From contig OX597815.1 of assembly GCA_951406725.2 (NCBI GenBank), positions 88,226,001 through 88,290,000 of the forward strand: a stretch of 64,000 nucleotides of DNA, in the 5' to 3' direction. This document shows positions 50,601 to 63,355 of the stretch, piece after piece; the first letter of the stretch is position 1, and every line of letters starts with the position of its first letter. This stretch comes from Octopus vulgaris (lineage: Eukaryota). Both the position numbers and the translations under genes were made by a program. The notes beneath the pieces are model-generated. The model was not told the origin of the DNA, searched no databases, and was given only the letters and a program-made list of their open reading frames with translations.

Positions 50601-53600
50601 TGTACATCTAATACCTCTTAATTTTTTTTTTTTACTGTATTTATACTGTCTTTCAGGCATACTTACATTAGACATCCAGTGGGGCATGCTCACTTCATTT
50701 TTTCCTAGTCTTCTCAAGTCCTGTGTTCAAGGCCCATGTCACAATCATGCAGTATTGCAGTTCTACCACAAGAGTCATGCACTCTGCCTGTCATGTTGTA
50801 GGAAAAGATCTTTGTTGACAGCAATAGTAGAAGTTCCCTGAACTTTCTCCAACCTGTTCTTACTCTGGCCACTATACTTTCAAAGTAACCATCTTCCATG
50901 CTAATTATCTCCTAGGTAACAAAATAGTGAGCCATCCAGGCATTTAAGAGAATCTTTTTCTTTTGGGTCACTCTCCTTACTAAGCAGGCTTGGTATGGTT
51001 GTTGGTTTAGTTGCTGACAAAGCAGAATGCGTTAGCCTAGAGTAAAAGACCAGCACACAAACCAAAATTAAGTTATAAGGGCTGTTTCAAGACCACTAGT
51101 AAAGATCAAAATTCAGAATGTAAACAGATGTAACTAAATTGGTGCAAGGCATTATAAGACTAGCTCTCTATTGATTTTACTGTCCACTACACTTCAGAGA
51201 TTTTTAATAATGGCATATTTTTTAAATTCAATATTTGCAGATACTGTGATCCGAACTATATGTTTCCTGAACAGCAAGAAGTGTTGGATTTCTGTGTTTC
51301 TCTGGTGAAATCCTTTCTGAAAGAAAATCCCCAAACTTTGGTTGTTGTTGGGACTTACACAATTGGGAAGGAGAAAGTTTTCCTTGGTAATTTCATGCAT
51401 GTTATTTATTTTATAAGTGTTTCTTTCCTTCATGTGAATTAAAAAAGTCAAAATGTTCAAGTGTATCAAGTGTTAAACATCCAATTTCTAGTTTGAGTGT
51501 TCCAACTTACTGCAGGTAATTTGTTGTGTTTCTAAATAGGTCACTTTTTAAGAATAGGTACTAGATCATCTATGAATATTACCTGCAATTAGTTTGCCAT
51601 CATTTCCTGTGAGGTTGCCACGTTTCTCTTATTTGCATAGTATCATGAAACTAGAGCTAATCAGGAACTACTTCAGGGCTTAAGACATAGATTTAAACTT
51701 TTCTTATAATTAAGAAGAATAAAGCATTGTTATTAACAACTAAGACAAGATACCAAAATCTGAACCATTCTGTTACTGAGTTGTTGGCAGTCCAATGCCA
51801 GTTCCTCTTTCCAGTATGAATTTGATCTAATCTTTGTAAGTTAAAGAAACATTCATCAGTAACACAGTAGTTCCATTTCTTATATCTCTGACATCTCTTT
51901 ATGGCATCCAAACGTGGCCGTTGCCAGCACCGCCCCACTAGCCTCCGTGCCGGTGGCACATAAAAAGCACCATCCAATCGTGGCTGTTGCCAGCCTCGCC
52001 TGGCACCGTGCTGGTGGCACGTAAAAAGCACCCACTACACTCACAGAGTGGTTGGCGTTAGGAAGGGCATCCAGCTGTAGAAACACTGCAGATCAGGCCC
52101 CAGTCGAACCATCCAACCCATGCTAGCATGGAAAGCGGATGTTAAATGATGATGATGATGATGATTTTAGAACTAGTTAACTTAGATATATTTCAACCAA
52201 AGATTGGTCCATGCCGTGTCTAACTTAATAGCACTATTAGTTTTTGCATTTGGAGTTTCTGAATGCAGAACACTTAGCACTAGAAAACAAACAACACTAA
52301 AGTATTACTATTTTAAATTTGTTTGTATTAGAATTTTTCTAATTAACTCTAATAAACTGTCATCTAAATTATGCAAGAATGAAAATAACGTATCTCATTT
52401 TAATAGATATATTTACCAAAATTACATAAAAATATCTTGATATACTAAAAGAGTAAATTTATTCAATAAAATCGCAATTGGCTTCAACCACAGCCTCCAG
52501 ACGACTTTGGAATCTCCTGCAACTCTTCTGGATGGTCTCCTTGTTTAAGTTGGTGAAATCTTGAAGCTACAAAATAATGCGGGATTAATTCAAAACAATA
52601 TGAATAAATAAGCTATACATTTGACAATCAAATCTGAATGCTAGAGGGTTAAGAATTATTGGAAGAAAGGTTGAGTAATTGATTATTCAGAAATCATTAA
52701 TTGATATAACTTGCTGAAAGAGGAGTAGATTAAATGGTAGTGTAGAAGTGTCATATTTCAAGACCAAATGTAAATTCTATATTTTGTATAAGCAGATTAA
52801 TGTCATGAAACACTGTTACTGTATTTTATGTATATTCCCTTATTCAGCTTTAGCTGAGGCTATTGGAAGCAAAATTGGTGTGACACAAGAAAAAAAGAAA
52901 TTATTGGACTGTCTTCAGAATCTTACCATGGATAAGTTACTGACTTTAGATTTAAAAAGCTGCAGCATCCATGTTGTGAAAATGGGGAACTTGAACTACA
53001 AGGTAAATACCTTTTTATTTATCTTGACATTTTTTTGTATCTTCCATCATTGTAAATAACAGAAGGTACAAGGAATTGCATTATATTGCAGACCCAATCA
53101 ACTATGTTAGCTTGATGAAGTATGGAATATTTGAATAATAATAAAAATAATAATAATAATGATGCTAGTAGGGCACCAAGAGCACCATCTGAGCATGATA
53201 GTTGCCAGAGCAGCTAACTGGCTTCTGCGTCGGTGGCACATAAAAGGCACCATTTCAGTGTGATCGTTACCAGCGTCGCCTTACTGGCACCTGTGCTGGT
53301 GGCGTGTGTAAAAAGATTTGAGCGAGGTCGTTGCCAATACCACCTGACTGGCCCTGTGCCGGTGGCACGTAAAAAGCACCCACTTCACTCTCGGAGTGGT
53401 TGGCGTTAGGAAGGGCATCCAGCTGTAGAAACTCTGCCAGATCAAGATTGGAACCTGGTGCAGCCATCTGGTTTGCTAGCCCTCAGTTTGCATACATGAC
53501 AGCAAAAATGCCTCCCTTGTATTTATATTTGACAGCATCAGTTTTCGTCTATGATTACATCTTTTGCCAATATACTTTGGTAAAGAGATATACATATTTA

Positions 53601-54868
53601 GTGGGCTTCTACACAGTTTCCATTTACCAAATTCCACTCTGAGGCAATAACAAAAAATACATGGTGCTGCAGAAGCATCTGTTTGCAAAAAAACTCATTA
53701 ACTACACAACTATACTGTTTGCAGAATTCAAGTACTTTTACACTTCCACATCTGAAGCATTTGAAGAAATTAACATATTTTTTGCATGAAATGTGGCACA
53801 TTTGAAGACAAGTTTTGTAATATGACAATGCTATATAAAAATATCAATACTAACATATTCATTTATTGTCAACTTTTTCTCTGTTTACTTTCTTCAAGAA
53901 TCTTAATGAACATTTAAAGAGATATGCAAAATTTAACCAAATTCTCGCATTGAAACCTACTGGTTGGACTCATAGCAAAAATAGAACTTCCCTCTTTGAT
54001 ATTAAGCCCTCTCTGAAAACAGATAAGATTACCATATATGGTAAGTTCTTTGTTTTTAACAAAATATATGACATATTACCACAGGCTATGTAGTTTGAAG
54101 ATTAGTTTGTGACCATCTGCTTCTGGTTTTGTTCTTGCACTGAGCTTTAGGCAGACATCTAGTATAGTCTTGGGTCAGTCCAAGGCTTCTTATGAATGAA
54201 ACTGGGTAAACAAAAATTATTCTGAAGTGAAGTTGATGGATTGTACTTGTTTTTTAGCTGCCCAGTTTAACACTGTCACTAAGCATTTGAATGCTTTTAG
54301 TTGAATTTATTTTGTTGCAGTCATTTGAACTAAGTCCCCAATGTCTTCCTTCTTGTCTTCCATCAGTTTAGGTAGTCCTATGTAAAAATCATCAGTGCTA
54401 CCTTTCCTTCTTGGACTAAAATATTGATGAAAATAAAATTTTCATTACAATTATCTTAACATTATCTTATAATTAACATTGTAAGTTATATTTTTGTAAA
54501 AATAATTAAAAGAAATAATGCTGATGTGTTGTGAGAAAGGAAATTCTAACATTGAGGGCAGAATCCTTTAGAGGTATTTAATTTGAAAGCTTAATCATAT
54601 TTAATTTTGTTAAAGTAAATATGATTTAGTTTAGTCATATTTGATTTAGTTTTCTAAATAAGGTTTTAATTAAATAATTAAATTTTAAAAAAAATTTCTT
54701 CTTGATTTATTTTTAGGTATACCATACAGTGAGCATAGCAGTTTTTCAGAATTAAAAAGATTTGTACAGTTTAGCCGACCTGATAACATTATACCAACTG
54801 TAAATAATGGCAAAGCTGCATCCCGGCAATTTATGCAAGATACTTTTAATTCTTGGCTTTCAGAATAA
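33331..54868 (+). CDS. DCLRE1A: DNA cross-link repair 1A / SNM1A (metallo-beta-lactamase + beta-CASP 5'-3' exonuclease), 9 coding exons, about 924 aa
   Basis: join(33331..33574,38950..40479,45019..45152,46319..46437,48448..48600,51241..51386,52848..53002,53899..54040,54717..54868) = 2775 nt. All introns are GT-AG and phases are consistent. Motifs [16 protein letters not shown] (HxHxDH), [41 protein letters not shown] and GIPYSEHSS match the SNM1A catalytic core. Confidence 0.95.
33775..33975. mobile_element. Merlin-type MITE copy 2, opposite orientation to copy 1
   Basis: Same TIR family as 32110-32338, with an 8-bp TSD AATGAACA. Confidence 0.8.
34522..35099. mobile_element. MITE with telomere-like TAACCC repeats, inserted into a LINE
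   Basis: AAGACTTCTGCCCG and CGGGCAGAAGTCTT TIR cores, candidate 6-bp TSD CATGCC, and a CTAACCCTAA array at 34695-34760. Confidence 0.7.
35130..36950 (+). pseudogene. degenerate CR1/L2-like LINE ORF2 (APE endonuclease and N-terminal RT), 3'-truncated; 34034-34521 is probably its upstream part
   Basis: [54 protein letters not shown] and [11 protein letters not shown], broken by stops and frameshifts. Confidence 0.88.
37592..37975. mobile_element. Merlin-type MITE (second family)
   Basis: TIRs GGTACTTTTTGGTTATCTCACC and GGTGAGACAACCAAAAAGTACC with an 8-bp TSD CTATTACA. Confidence 0.8.
38950..40479 (+). CDS. DCLRE1A: DCLRE1A exon 2, large Ser/Thr-rich region with PIP-like box QTSLMSFF, ending in CPFYKKIP
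   Basis: Polypyrimidine tract and TAG acceptor ending at 38949. Open frame contiguous with ORF 39132-40664. Donor CCAG|GTTTTT. Confidence 0.9.
42159..42486 (+). mobile_element. Helentron-associated (HINE/DINE-like) non-autonomous element
   Basis: 5' ACCTCTGCC pairs with subterminal GGCGGAGGT, there is a 3' hairpin GCGCTC-tct-GAGTGC, and the flanks are T-rich. Confidence 0.6.
42780..44345 (-). pseudogene. degenerate R4/Dong-clade non-LTR retrotransposon (RT + restriction-like endonuclease)
   Basis: Remnants of [41 protein letters not shown] and TRILRKILG. Confidence 0.8.
45019..45152 (+). CDS. DCLRE1A: DCLRE1A exon 3 ([12 protein letters not shown]...[10 protein letters not shown]...YCSE)
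   Basis: TTTCAG acceptor, HxHxDH metal-binding motif, GTAAGA donor. Confidence 0.95.
46319..46437 (+). CDS. DCLRE1A: DCLRE1A exon 4 (VTANLVKLK...YIHPLPL...DANH)
   Basis: TTTTAG acceptor, GTAAGT donor, peptide matches SNM1A. Confidence 0.95.
48448..48600 (+). CDS. DCLRE1A: DCLRE1A exon 5 (CPGSVLILF...LHTGDFRAD...LYLDTT)
   Basis: TTCAAG acceptor, GTAAGT donor, conserved HTGDFR motif. Confidence 0.95.
50385..50925 (-). mobile_element. degenerate RTE LINE 3' fragment
   Basis: [14 protein letters not shown]...[18 protein letters not shown]...EDSCIKK. Confidence 0.8.
51241..51386 (+). CDS. DCLRE1A: DCLRE1A exon 6 ([14 protein letters not shown]...[12 protein letters not shown])
   Basis: TTGCAG acceptor, GTAATT donor, beta-CASP region. 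Confidence 0.95.
52848..53002 (+). CDS. DCLRE1A: DCLRE1A exon 7 ([16 protein letters not shown]...[12 protein letters not shown])
   Basis: TTCAG acceptor, AAG|GTAAAT donor. Confidence 0.93.
53899..54040 (+). CDS. DCLRE1A: DCLRE1A exon 8 (NLNEHLKRY...[11 protein letters not shown]...ITIY)
   Basis: TTCAAG acceptor, G|GTAAGT donor, PTGW motif. Confidence 0.95.
54717..54868 (+). CDS. DCLRE1A: DCLRE1A exon 9 ([17 protein letters not shown]...IIPTVN...stop)
   Basis: TTTTAG acceptor, YSEHSS and IIPTVN beta-CASP motifs, TAA at 54866-54868. Confidence 0.95.
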
Positions 54869-56000
54869 TTGTGTGCACTGTGATTGGAATCAGTCCGTGG
54901 AATTGTTATCACTTTGATTTATAAAGTTAGAAACGTTTTATATATTACTTTAATATATTTTTTCGGAGGTCCCATGAAATACAAAAACATTTTTTTAAAG
55001 AATTATTTATATTTTATTACTTTATTTTTTTTTTTTGTTAAGAAATCGATATACTATGGATGGTGCATTACCAGAAGTGCAAGAACCATAGTTTATGAAA
55101 GATTGTATTTTGTCATATGTCATAACATTCTGGGTTCAAATCTCACTTGTGTTAACTTGCATTTCATCTCTCCAGAATCAGTGAAACAATTGATTCAGTT
55201 GACTATATTCATCGCCGACAAGTTTTACACATATGAAATCAGTTTTACCCGAAATTTTGTTTCTGCAAGAAACTTTGTTATTTTAGTTTTGTTTTAAAAC
55301 TAATTATTGATTGTACACGTTTTATGTATACAGCATATACACAGTCATATGATTGTATAACACAAATTGGCAGACACTTAGAAGCTAAAATATTCACTTG
55401 AAATCACCTTATAATTGAATAATTAGGTACACACTCATCTGTAAAAGCTATTTGTTGCTAAATTGAAAGGGAGTTGGTCAAACAACTGAAGGATTGATGG
55501 TTTGCTTCACATTGTACAGTGTCTATGACCAAGATAGGAAGTTTCTACTATTTGTTTTAAGCTCACTGTAAATAGGTTGTTGTCCCATTTTAACCAACTA
55601 TAAATAGCTATATTTAAAACAAAAAAAAAACTAGTACCTGTTGAGTTACTTAGAGGTGCCATCCACATGAAAAGCAGTAGTTAAATTAGTGTTTATATAT
55701 TTAATGGCAACCACTAAAAAGCTACTTAGCAATAATTATGTAGCTCAATGACTAATATTATTTAATAATTTTGGCAAGTATGGGAGATAGTTCCAGATAT
55801 GTTTTAGTCTTATATAGCCTCAGCATAGTAAGACTTAACTGTATTGACCAAATAGCTTGCATGTTCACATGGTGGTGTGATTAAATTTTCAATTGTGTAT
55901 CATTAAGTCGATATGGCTGTGAGGGAAGGCAGAGATTTTATGTAGATCAGACATGAAAATAGGGGTTCAATGTCTAGTGTATTTAGTGTAGAGTATAGAC

Positions 56001-56240
56001 CAGTCAGGGTTTATATGAACATTAGGGGTCCATGTCAGATTTTATTCAAATTGATGTGCATTAAATTGGTTATTCTACAGTACACAAGCTATTTTAGCAA
56101 TTTTTTAAAATATAATTTCTTATAATATTTAATTCTAAAAATATAATAGGATTTTTTAAAGCATCAAATGGCTGTGAGGGTCCAGTAAAGTAAAAGAGGA
56201 ATCAAAGAGGTCCATAAGCAAAAAAGGTTGAGAAGTACTG
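56001..56240. mobile_element. degenerate hAT-type MITE
   Basis: CAG...AAAGGTTGAGAAGTACTG ends and an imperfect 8-bp TSD GTATAGAC/GTGTAGAC. A related fragment lies at 16290-16500. Confidence 0.55.
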
Positions 56241-56992
56241 GTGTAGACAGTTAAGATGCAGTAATACAGATTTCCCCAGCCATATCAGGGATGCCAGATA
56301 AATGAGATGGTGAATTGAATAGGTTGTTGCACAGAAACCGTCACTCATAGCTCATAATCAGAACCTGTTTCCAGATTCAATATTCCAGCAAGCTGAGGTG
56401 GCTAGTGGACACTGATCTGAGGTAAAAGCATTGATTTCATGCCTATTTTTGACAGTTATGTGAACTGAAGCAATGCAGGATAATGTATTTTGAAATAAAG
56501 AATATAATGTTCATTCATCTATTTCTTTCTTATATAATTTCTGTTATAGTTCTTTTGGGTCCCATGTTGTGGGAATGGAGAATGTTGAAATAAAAGAAAT
56601 CAATGTAAGTTGTGATTTAATCTGGCAAAATCAAGATATGATAAATCAATATTTTCTTTGAAACTGAAGATGTGTAGAATAGACAATGACTGATTCTGCT
56701 GGTTGATATTATGGTTGAAAAATGCTACCAAAAAAAAAAGGTGTTTTCTACTATAGCATGGAGCTAACCAAAGACTTGTGAATAGATTTGGTAAACAAGC
56801 TGGAAGAAGGCCATTATGTATAATATATGTGTGTATGTGTATTGTTTCCTTGTCTTGACGACATGTGAGAGTTGTAAAGAGTGTCACCATCATAGTGTGG
56901 GTTCATTTCCAATTTCCTATGAAAACATGTCTGGCCATAGGGAAAACATGTTAGGGTTTCAAGCATGGAAAATGGACATTAAAATAATGATG

Positions 56993-57023
<31 letters not shown>

Positions 57024-58779
57024 TCTATTAAAAAGCCATTTTGTTTAACTCTATTTTAACTGGGTTTTTTTTTTATAAATTATAACTGGAAATAAAATTT
57101 ATACGATTTTTTAAAACATTTGTTTTTTATTGTTTTGTAACTCAACATACATCTTCACCTTTGTTTTAGGTTTATGAGAAAAATATACTGTATGTAATTG
57201 AGAGAAATTCTTGTTTCATACTTTAGTATTAACTGCAAATAGGTGAGTTGTTAAGGAGCTTGTTTCTCAATCATGAGATCCTTGGTTTGATTCCATTGTC
57301 GAACATCTTAAACAAGTTTCTTCTACCGTAGCCTTGGGTCAGCTGAAACCTTATATGTGAAATTGGGTTGCTGTTCATCCTTACATTAGTGCTAAATGAA
57401 CAGACCTATGATCAGTTGAAAGCATCTCATCTTTTCCTTATGTGCAGGAAACTCAGGATCACATTCTCCAATGAGTTTTTTTAAGACAGCAAAGCAGCCA
57501 AATCCCCATAATCACACCCTAGTAATAGAAATTCTCTTGGAAAGCATGTTAAATGTACTGTACTAGTAACTCGGAAAGCCACTCTTGTCCTTGTCAGATA
57601 TGGTCTTGCTGCTTGCCTGAGGAATACATTTAAGCTACATGTGTCTGTTGGATACTCAGCCTCCTAAAGTATAATATAATTCTATTGATCAAACAATATT
57701 CTCATTCATTGAAACCAACACTCATTAACTGCCAACGTCAATTAAACAACTGACTTGACCTCTCATAGTTAAAGAATACAGGCAGCATCTCTTCATCTTT
57801 GAGAACACAAATAAACTAGGAAGTAAATGCAAAAATAATTTGTTGTTAGAATGAATCCTTGCAAGTGGGAAGAGACTAGGTTCTTTTTCTTTATTTCAAA
57901 AAGGACCCCCCTCCTTATGCCTCTGAAGAATCAATCATGTTTTGGTGACATGTCAGCCAATACCCAATGACAAAAATCAGGATTCATATAGATCAGCAAA
58001 TTTTATTTTCTATGACCTTTCTATCAGTTATCCATACAAAAAGTAGCATGGGTAAAATATGTCTTCACTTTTAGAATTTTACTAATACTAATGAACATAA
58101 GATAAGTATTTTCTGATCATAGTTTCTAAACCCTTTTGTTACCATATGTTTCTTTCAATTAATTTCTGTGTTTCTTTCAATTAATTTTAAATATAACAAA
58201 GAATTTAGTAAAATAACTTAGTTATCATTAAGCTAGTGTTAAGAAAATAAATTGTGACTAAGGTTTAGTGGAAGATTTTAATTCAAAACTTATGAAAACA
58301 AGACATTTGTACTACAGAGCCAGAGCCGATTTCAACTGGGTTGATAACGAAAGGGTTAAAATTGGTAATGCATATCTTTACATCACACACGTGTGTGTGT
58401 GTGCTCATTACATATGGTCAGGCATTAAATCTAATGATGGCCACCTTCACTTGGGGATCTTTTGATGATTACATCCCAACCCATTACGTACAACTTCAGT
58501 CGCAGATGTGCCATGAAGAAATTTTGGGGGAGAGGTCAGGAGCAACTTGGCACATATGCATGCAATATGTGATAACTGGTAGTCTTCTACTCTGGAAGGG
58601 TGGAAATTACCCCTCTTCAGTTGGTCTTGAAGCTAGATGTAGAGAATCCTACAAAGGTAGTTACAAGCCAGAAATGCACACTATATGTCAGCTATTTCAG
58701 TTAATGTCTGTACAGATATGTTTATAGATAGACCTATTTCAACAGATGACCAAAGGATCTGAAAGTCAAGGCCCAACTC

Positions 58780-60010
58780 TGGTTTTAATGTGTTAGCTGT
58801 ATGGAGTCAATATTGTGCACCAACACAGGAGAGTGGAAACCCTAGTGACTTCTATGCTGGTGAATAGCTGAGTTACGGGAGTTTGTTGAAAGAGTATACC
58901 AGCTCTGTGGAGTTGACAGTATATGGAATGTGGTTGGTGCTCTAGGTGATTGCAGCAGACCACATTGTTGAAGGGATGGGTGTAGTGATGGGGATGAATG
59001 TAATCAACATGCTGGGAAAGGTTAGGATTAATGAAGGAAGGGTAAAATTTGAAAGGGCACAATGTGTGGTGAGTGCAGCAGAAGAGCAAGAACTGGAATT
59101 ATCACAGTGAGTCAGGAAGTGTTGGACATTCTTTGTAAGATTGAAGACAAGGATTTCTATATAGTATTTGATAGCATGTGACAGGCAATCAAATGGTTCT
59201 GGAAGGTTGAATCTCCATAAAAAAAATTTTTAAATGCCGAAGAATCAAGTAAGTTGCTACAAGGTCTCTAGGAGTGTGGGTTAGAGATAAGTATGAAAGG
59301 GAAGTGGAGAGATGTGTTAGGGAAGGTATTTTAATGTCTTTGTGGGGAAGAAGTGGAAGTTCGGTGCTGCCACAAATGATGGTTGTTCAAACCAACAAAG
59401 AATGAAGTTCAGCTAGAGATGAATTTTTGCGACTGAACTCTGTGTCAAAGATCATGGCAACAGTCCCCAAGATGATACTGAGGAAGGTAGTCAGAGTGAA
59501 AATATCCACTAAATCCTACATATATAACATGACAATGGACAAGACTGTGTTGAGGGCAGCAGAGGTTGTGGGTCATCCAAAGAGATTTGGGTTGGCTGTG
59601 AAACTACCAGAAGCTATAGTGGGAAGTGTGTTGGGATTGGAGCTGAGGAAAAGCATGTCAAGTGAGCTGGTGTTTTGGAGAGGAAATGAGACCCCAGACT
59701 TGAAGGATGATCTCATTTGTTGTGCACTGTTTTTGATCTGTGGGCGATTAGTTGGCTCCTTGCTGAATTGTTTGATAGGTCCAAATTGCAAGTAGCTACT
59801 TGAACCGGAGAGAGAAAGTTAGAGAGCAGACAGCTGGAATAATGATGGGCATCTTGGAGAGAGTGAGAAAATAGGATCAGGAGAGAGGAAAATTGTATGT
59901 TCCTACATCAAAGAAGAATGTTGGTTGGTGTTGTGCTTGTAGCTGTCCTGGAAATAGGTGAAGTTGAGGCAGAGGATGCAACCTGCCTTTGAAAGACAGC
60001 TGCAACTATA
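58780..60010 (-). pseudogene. highly degenerate Penelope-like retroelement ORF remnant
   Basis: C..TLCPF, NNVVCC and QTPVTQLF resemble the Cys-rich linker and GIY-YIG region of Penelope elements; the minus strand is C-rich. Confidence 0.4.
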
Positions 60011-60912
60011 TTAATGTAGCTGGACTGGAACAGCCTTTCTGAAAGAGTTCATAATATAAAATATCTAAATAGATGCATATTTGTCTGACTTCCACAACAT
60101 ATATAGTAATCAACAGATGGTCTCTATGTAGTCACTTGATCTGCTAGAAATAACAGCCAAAACTCCCTCAGATAACATCGTACGTTCTTAAATAAGAAAG
60201 GGACACATTGGATAATGTAGCCCTATATATCCCGAAAAAATATAGGATGGTCATAGCTTGAACGTTTTTGATCGTATGGCTAATCTGTATCTAAGCAATT
60301 TCAACTAGCAGTGGTGGTGTTTTTCTTTCCCTTGTGTACAGAAATAAAATAAAAGTATGAAACTATCTTATATTTTCGAGTTAAAAACCTTGTCAAAATA
60401 ACATAAAAACAGCTTTTCCATTGACTTGCTAAAAAATTAAGTTATTTACTTGAAGGGAGTTAATTCTATAATTAGTTCCCTTTAAGCTAATTAAGGGTTT
60501 ACAACTCTACACCAATACAATGTTAAGGGTATGTAACTTTTACCATCATTAAACGGTGATTGTTTTGGTAACATTCGTTTTGTTATTGTTTTCCTTTCTT
60601 GTACTAGGAAGAGTTCTGTTGATAGGTTTTATTGACAGAATAGAAAATCAAGCCTGTGATATATTTGTTTTTATTGTTTAACTCCACAGCACTCCTGATC
60701 GAGCGAATTTATGATCAAAGACATTTCGTTCGTGATTGTCCTGTCTTATGTTTTAAAATCAAATTCTATCTACCGGGTTCTTCCTTTCTTTAAAACAGAT
60801 TGAGGTGCAATGCGAGGGAAATTTGGCTAATATTTCGCCGATTTAGCGGCCACTCAGAGGCACTCTCTTTGGCTCGGATGTGAGACAGTATTGTCAGTCG
60901 GCAGAGATAAAA

Positions 60913-61034
60913 ATGCGGCTGTGTTATATTTTATGTTTTATCTGGCCTCATGTCTTTGGAACACGCTTTGTTAGAATCGATTCACGGAATTCCGGTGGAC
61001 CTTTGAAACATTTCTGGCGAAGTACGGGCTTCTG
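60913..61034 (+). CDS. IDUA: alpha-L-iduronidase (GH39) exon 1: signal peptide followed by ...GPLKHFWRSTGF(C)
   Basis: MRLCYILCFIWPHVFGTRFVRIDSRNSGGPLKHFWRSTGF matches the IDUA signature PL.xFWRSTGFC. Phase-2 donor TG|GTAAGC. Missed by the ORF track. Confidence 0.92.
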
Positions 61035-63211
61035 GTAAGCTATTGTGTTCAGCTCTTGTTCTTGTCAATGATTGTTTTGTTGTTGTTCTGCGATCAAAGG
61101 CATTCCAGATGTGATTACTCCGTCTTTTACCTCCAACATACCCAGAAGTACATTATCCATCAAGTCCTTTCATTTTTCTGAAACGGTAGGATATAATTTG
61201 AAGGAGATTTACCTGCTGTTTCTAGCATATCAAGTACCCATTTAGAGAATCATTGTAATTCCGTTCAGCTGGGTTGGTGACCTGACACGGTGTCTGATTT
61301 GGTACCGCTCTCCATTCCTTGAGTTTCTTTAGTACGCTTCAACGCCCAAATATCACATTTCCCCGCAGACATCGTGTCGTATATATGTTGTATTCTAAAT
61401 AATTGCATTTTTTTCCAAATACCTGTTGTTGATACATAGACATTTGCAGTAAACCTTAGGCAAGAATGAAGCTTGCTTGGCCTTTCTATATGCAGAACAC
61501 TTTTCAGTATGCCACTTGTATAATGTTGGTGAAAATGGTACACAACTATGACAGGCGTCTGATGATTTTAACATACACCTGATACTGAATTACCTACTTG
61601 ATTCTCTGTTACTCTTGCCCTGAATTCACTGAATTAGATAAGTTGCCACTTACTGCTGTGGACTTTTTCAGTTATTGAAAAACAACATCGATTTCACTGA
61701 CCACAGAAGGCTTTCAAAGATGAGTAGCATTGCTGTCCTCTCATTACTTATCAAAAACAGAAACACTTATTTTAGCCCTGAATCTTTCACCGGGTTAGTG
61801 TTTCTAACCAACAAATCTGTTTGCATTCTGACCTATGTTGATTTATGAACATGTAGTACCTATATTAAAATTCTCTAGGGAGTTCATTAAAGGAAAATTG
61901 GATGCTATTTTGAGTCAAGTGACCATGTAGGAGTCTCTCATTAGCCTGAATTGTTGATGAAGATGAATATTGTTTCTGCTGAAAGGGTTTTAAAGTTCTT
62001 ACATAAAAACTACGAATTTATAGGGAAATGAGAATGAAACTGATGTTCATACTTTTTTCAAAACCTTTAACAATTAAAATAAACTGTACTGGTGTGAACT
62101 TGACATTGGAAAAATAAAAAAAAGGAGATATGTCTTGTGAGGAACTTACAGGTGTTTGGGTTAAATTTGACACTTTGAATAAAAGGAAAAAATACAAAAT
62201 TCCATCCAAAAATAAAACTTTTAAAAAATTGGAACACATCAACTAGGTTATGGCTGAAAGAAGATAAGGGTTTACTCAAAGTAGCTTCTCTCAACTTCCA
62301 CCATGATATCAAGAATGGCTTTGGAACCTGGTGCATACATTTCTCACTGTGTCCCTGGGAAAATTTTGGTGTTGCAGGCAGAGTGGTTGGTGTTTTTGCT
62401 ATAGATTGCTTGGAGGTTGGTAAAATGGAAATATATTTCTTTCAAATTAACTCCCTTCAGGTAATTACATAGAGACCATCAGTTGATTACTGTAAGTTGA
62501 GGAAGTCAGACAAATATGCATCTATTTATATAAGAATTCTTTAACTGAAGCAAAACTCATGAACATTTGGCTGAAATATTTATTGCTGGTCATTGGGATA
62601 CTTGGTGTCGACTATTTACAATTAATAACATTAATAATTACAGACTAGGAGAGAGACAATTGCTCTGAAATTACAGAAAGATATATGTGTGATGGCATGC
62701 AGTCAGCCCAAAATATACGTCAACTATGCTAACACCTGTGGTGACAGTGGTCCTTGTTTGTCTGCCTTTGGCTGTCTGTGTAAATGTCTGGAACCATCTA
62801 ATATGTTTCCTTACTTAGTTGCTTCACCTGAGCTATATTTCTGCTCTTCATGGTGTTGGCTGTCCCTAAGTTTTTATTATACCAGTAGCTTATTCAGCTT
62901 GATGGGAGCTTGTGTTTATCTCCCTCTTTTGAAGAATATCCCATTCCCTATTTTGTTGTAGTTCCAAATTTTTATAATAAAATGTTAAACCTAATGAAAT
63001 GGAAATGCACCTTTTAGTTTATTTGAAGCATTTTTAAATGAATATAAAAAGTCCCCAAACTACCCTAATGCTGAATAAAGATAAGAATAAATTTATTCAG
63101 AATTTTGGCCCCAACTGTAAGATATTTCAATGATTAGTATTATATTTAATGAAGCAGTATCAAACAGGATTTTATTAATTGTAAGAATTTTTTTTTTTAT
63201 ATATATAACAG

Positions 63212-63355
63212 CCCTTCGAAACCACATGCAAAAGCTTATAAATATGACACGGGGTCTGACATGAATCAGAATTTGGCCTACATTGGTGCATTACCATTCA
63301 CTGGCATTCAACAAGTGCGTATACACTGGTTGTTAGATCTTGTGCAAGTTACAAA
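63212..63355 (+). CDS. IDUA: alpha-L-iduronidase exon 2 (CPSKPHAKAY...QNLAYIGALPFTGIQQVRIHWLLDLV); gene continues beyond the window
   Basis: ACAG acceptor and GTGAG donor, in frame with exon 1. Resembles the human IDUA segment [26 protein letters not shown]. Confidence 0.93.

Noticed and set aside
58580-58630. CTGAAGAGGGG hairpin on the - strand near the Penelope-like remnant
   Set aside because: GAAA and the cleavage site are missing; at best a fully decayed hammerhead.
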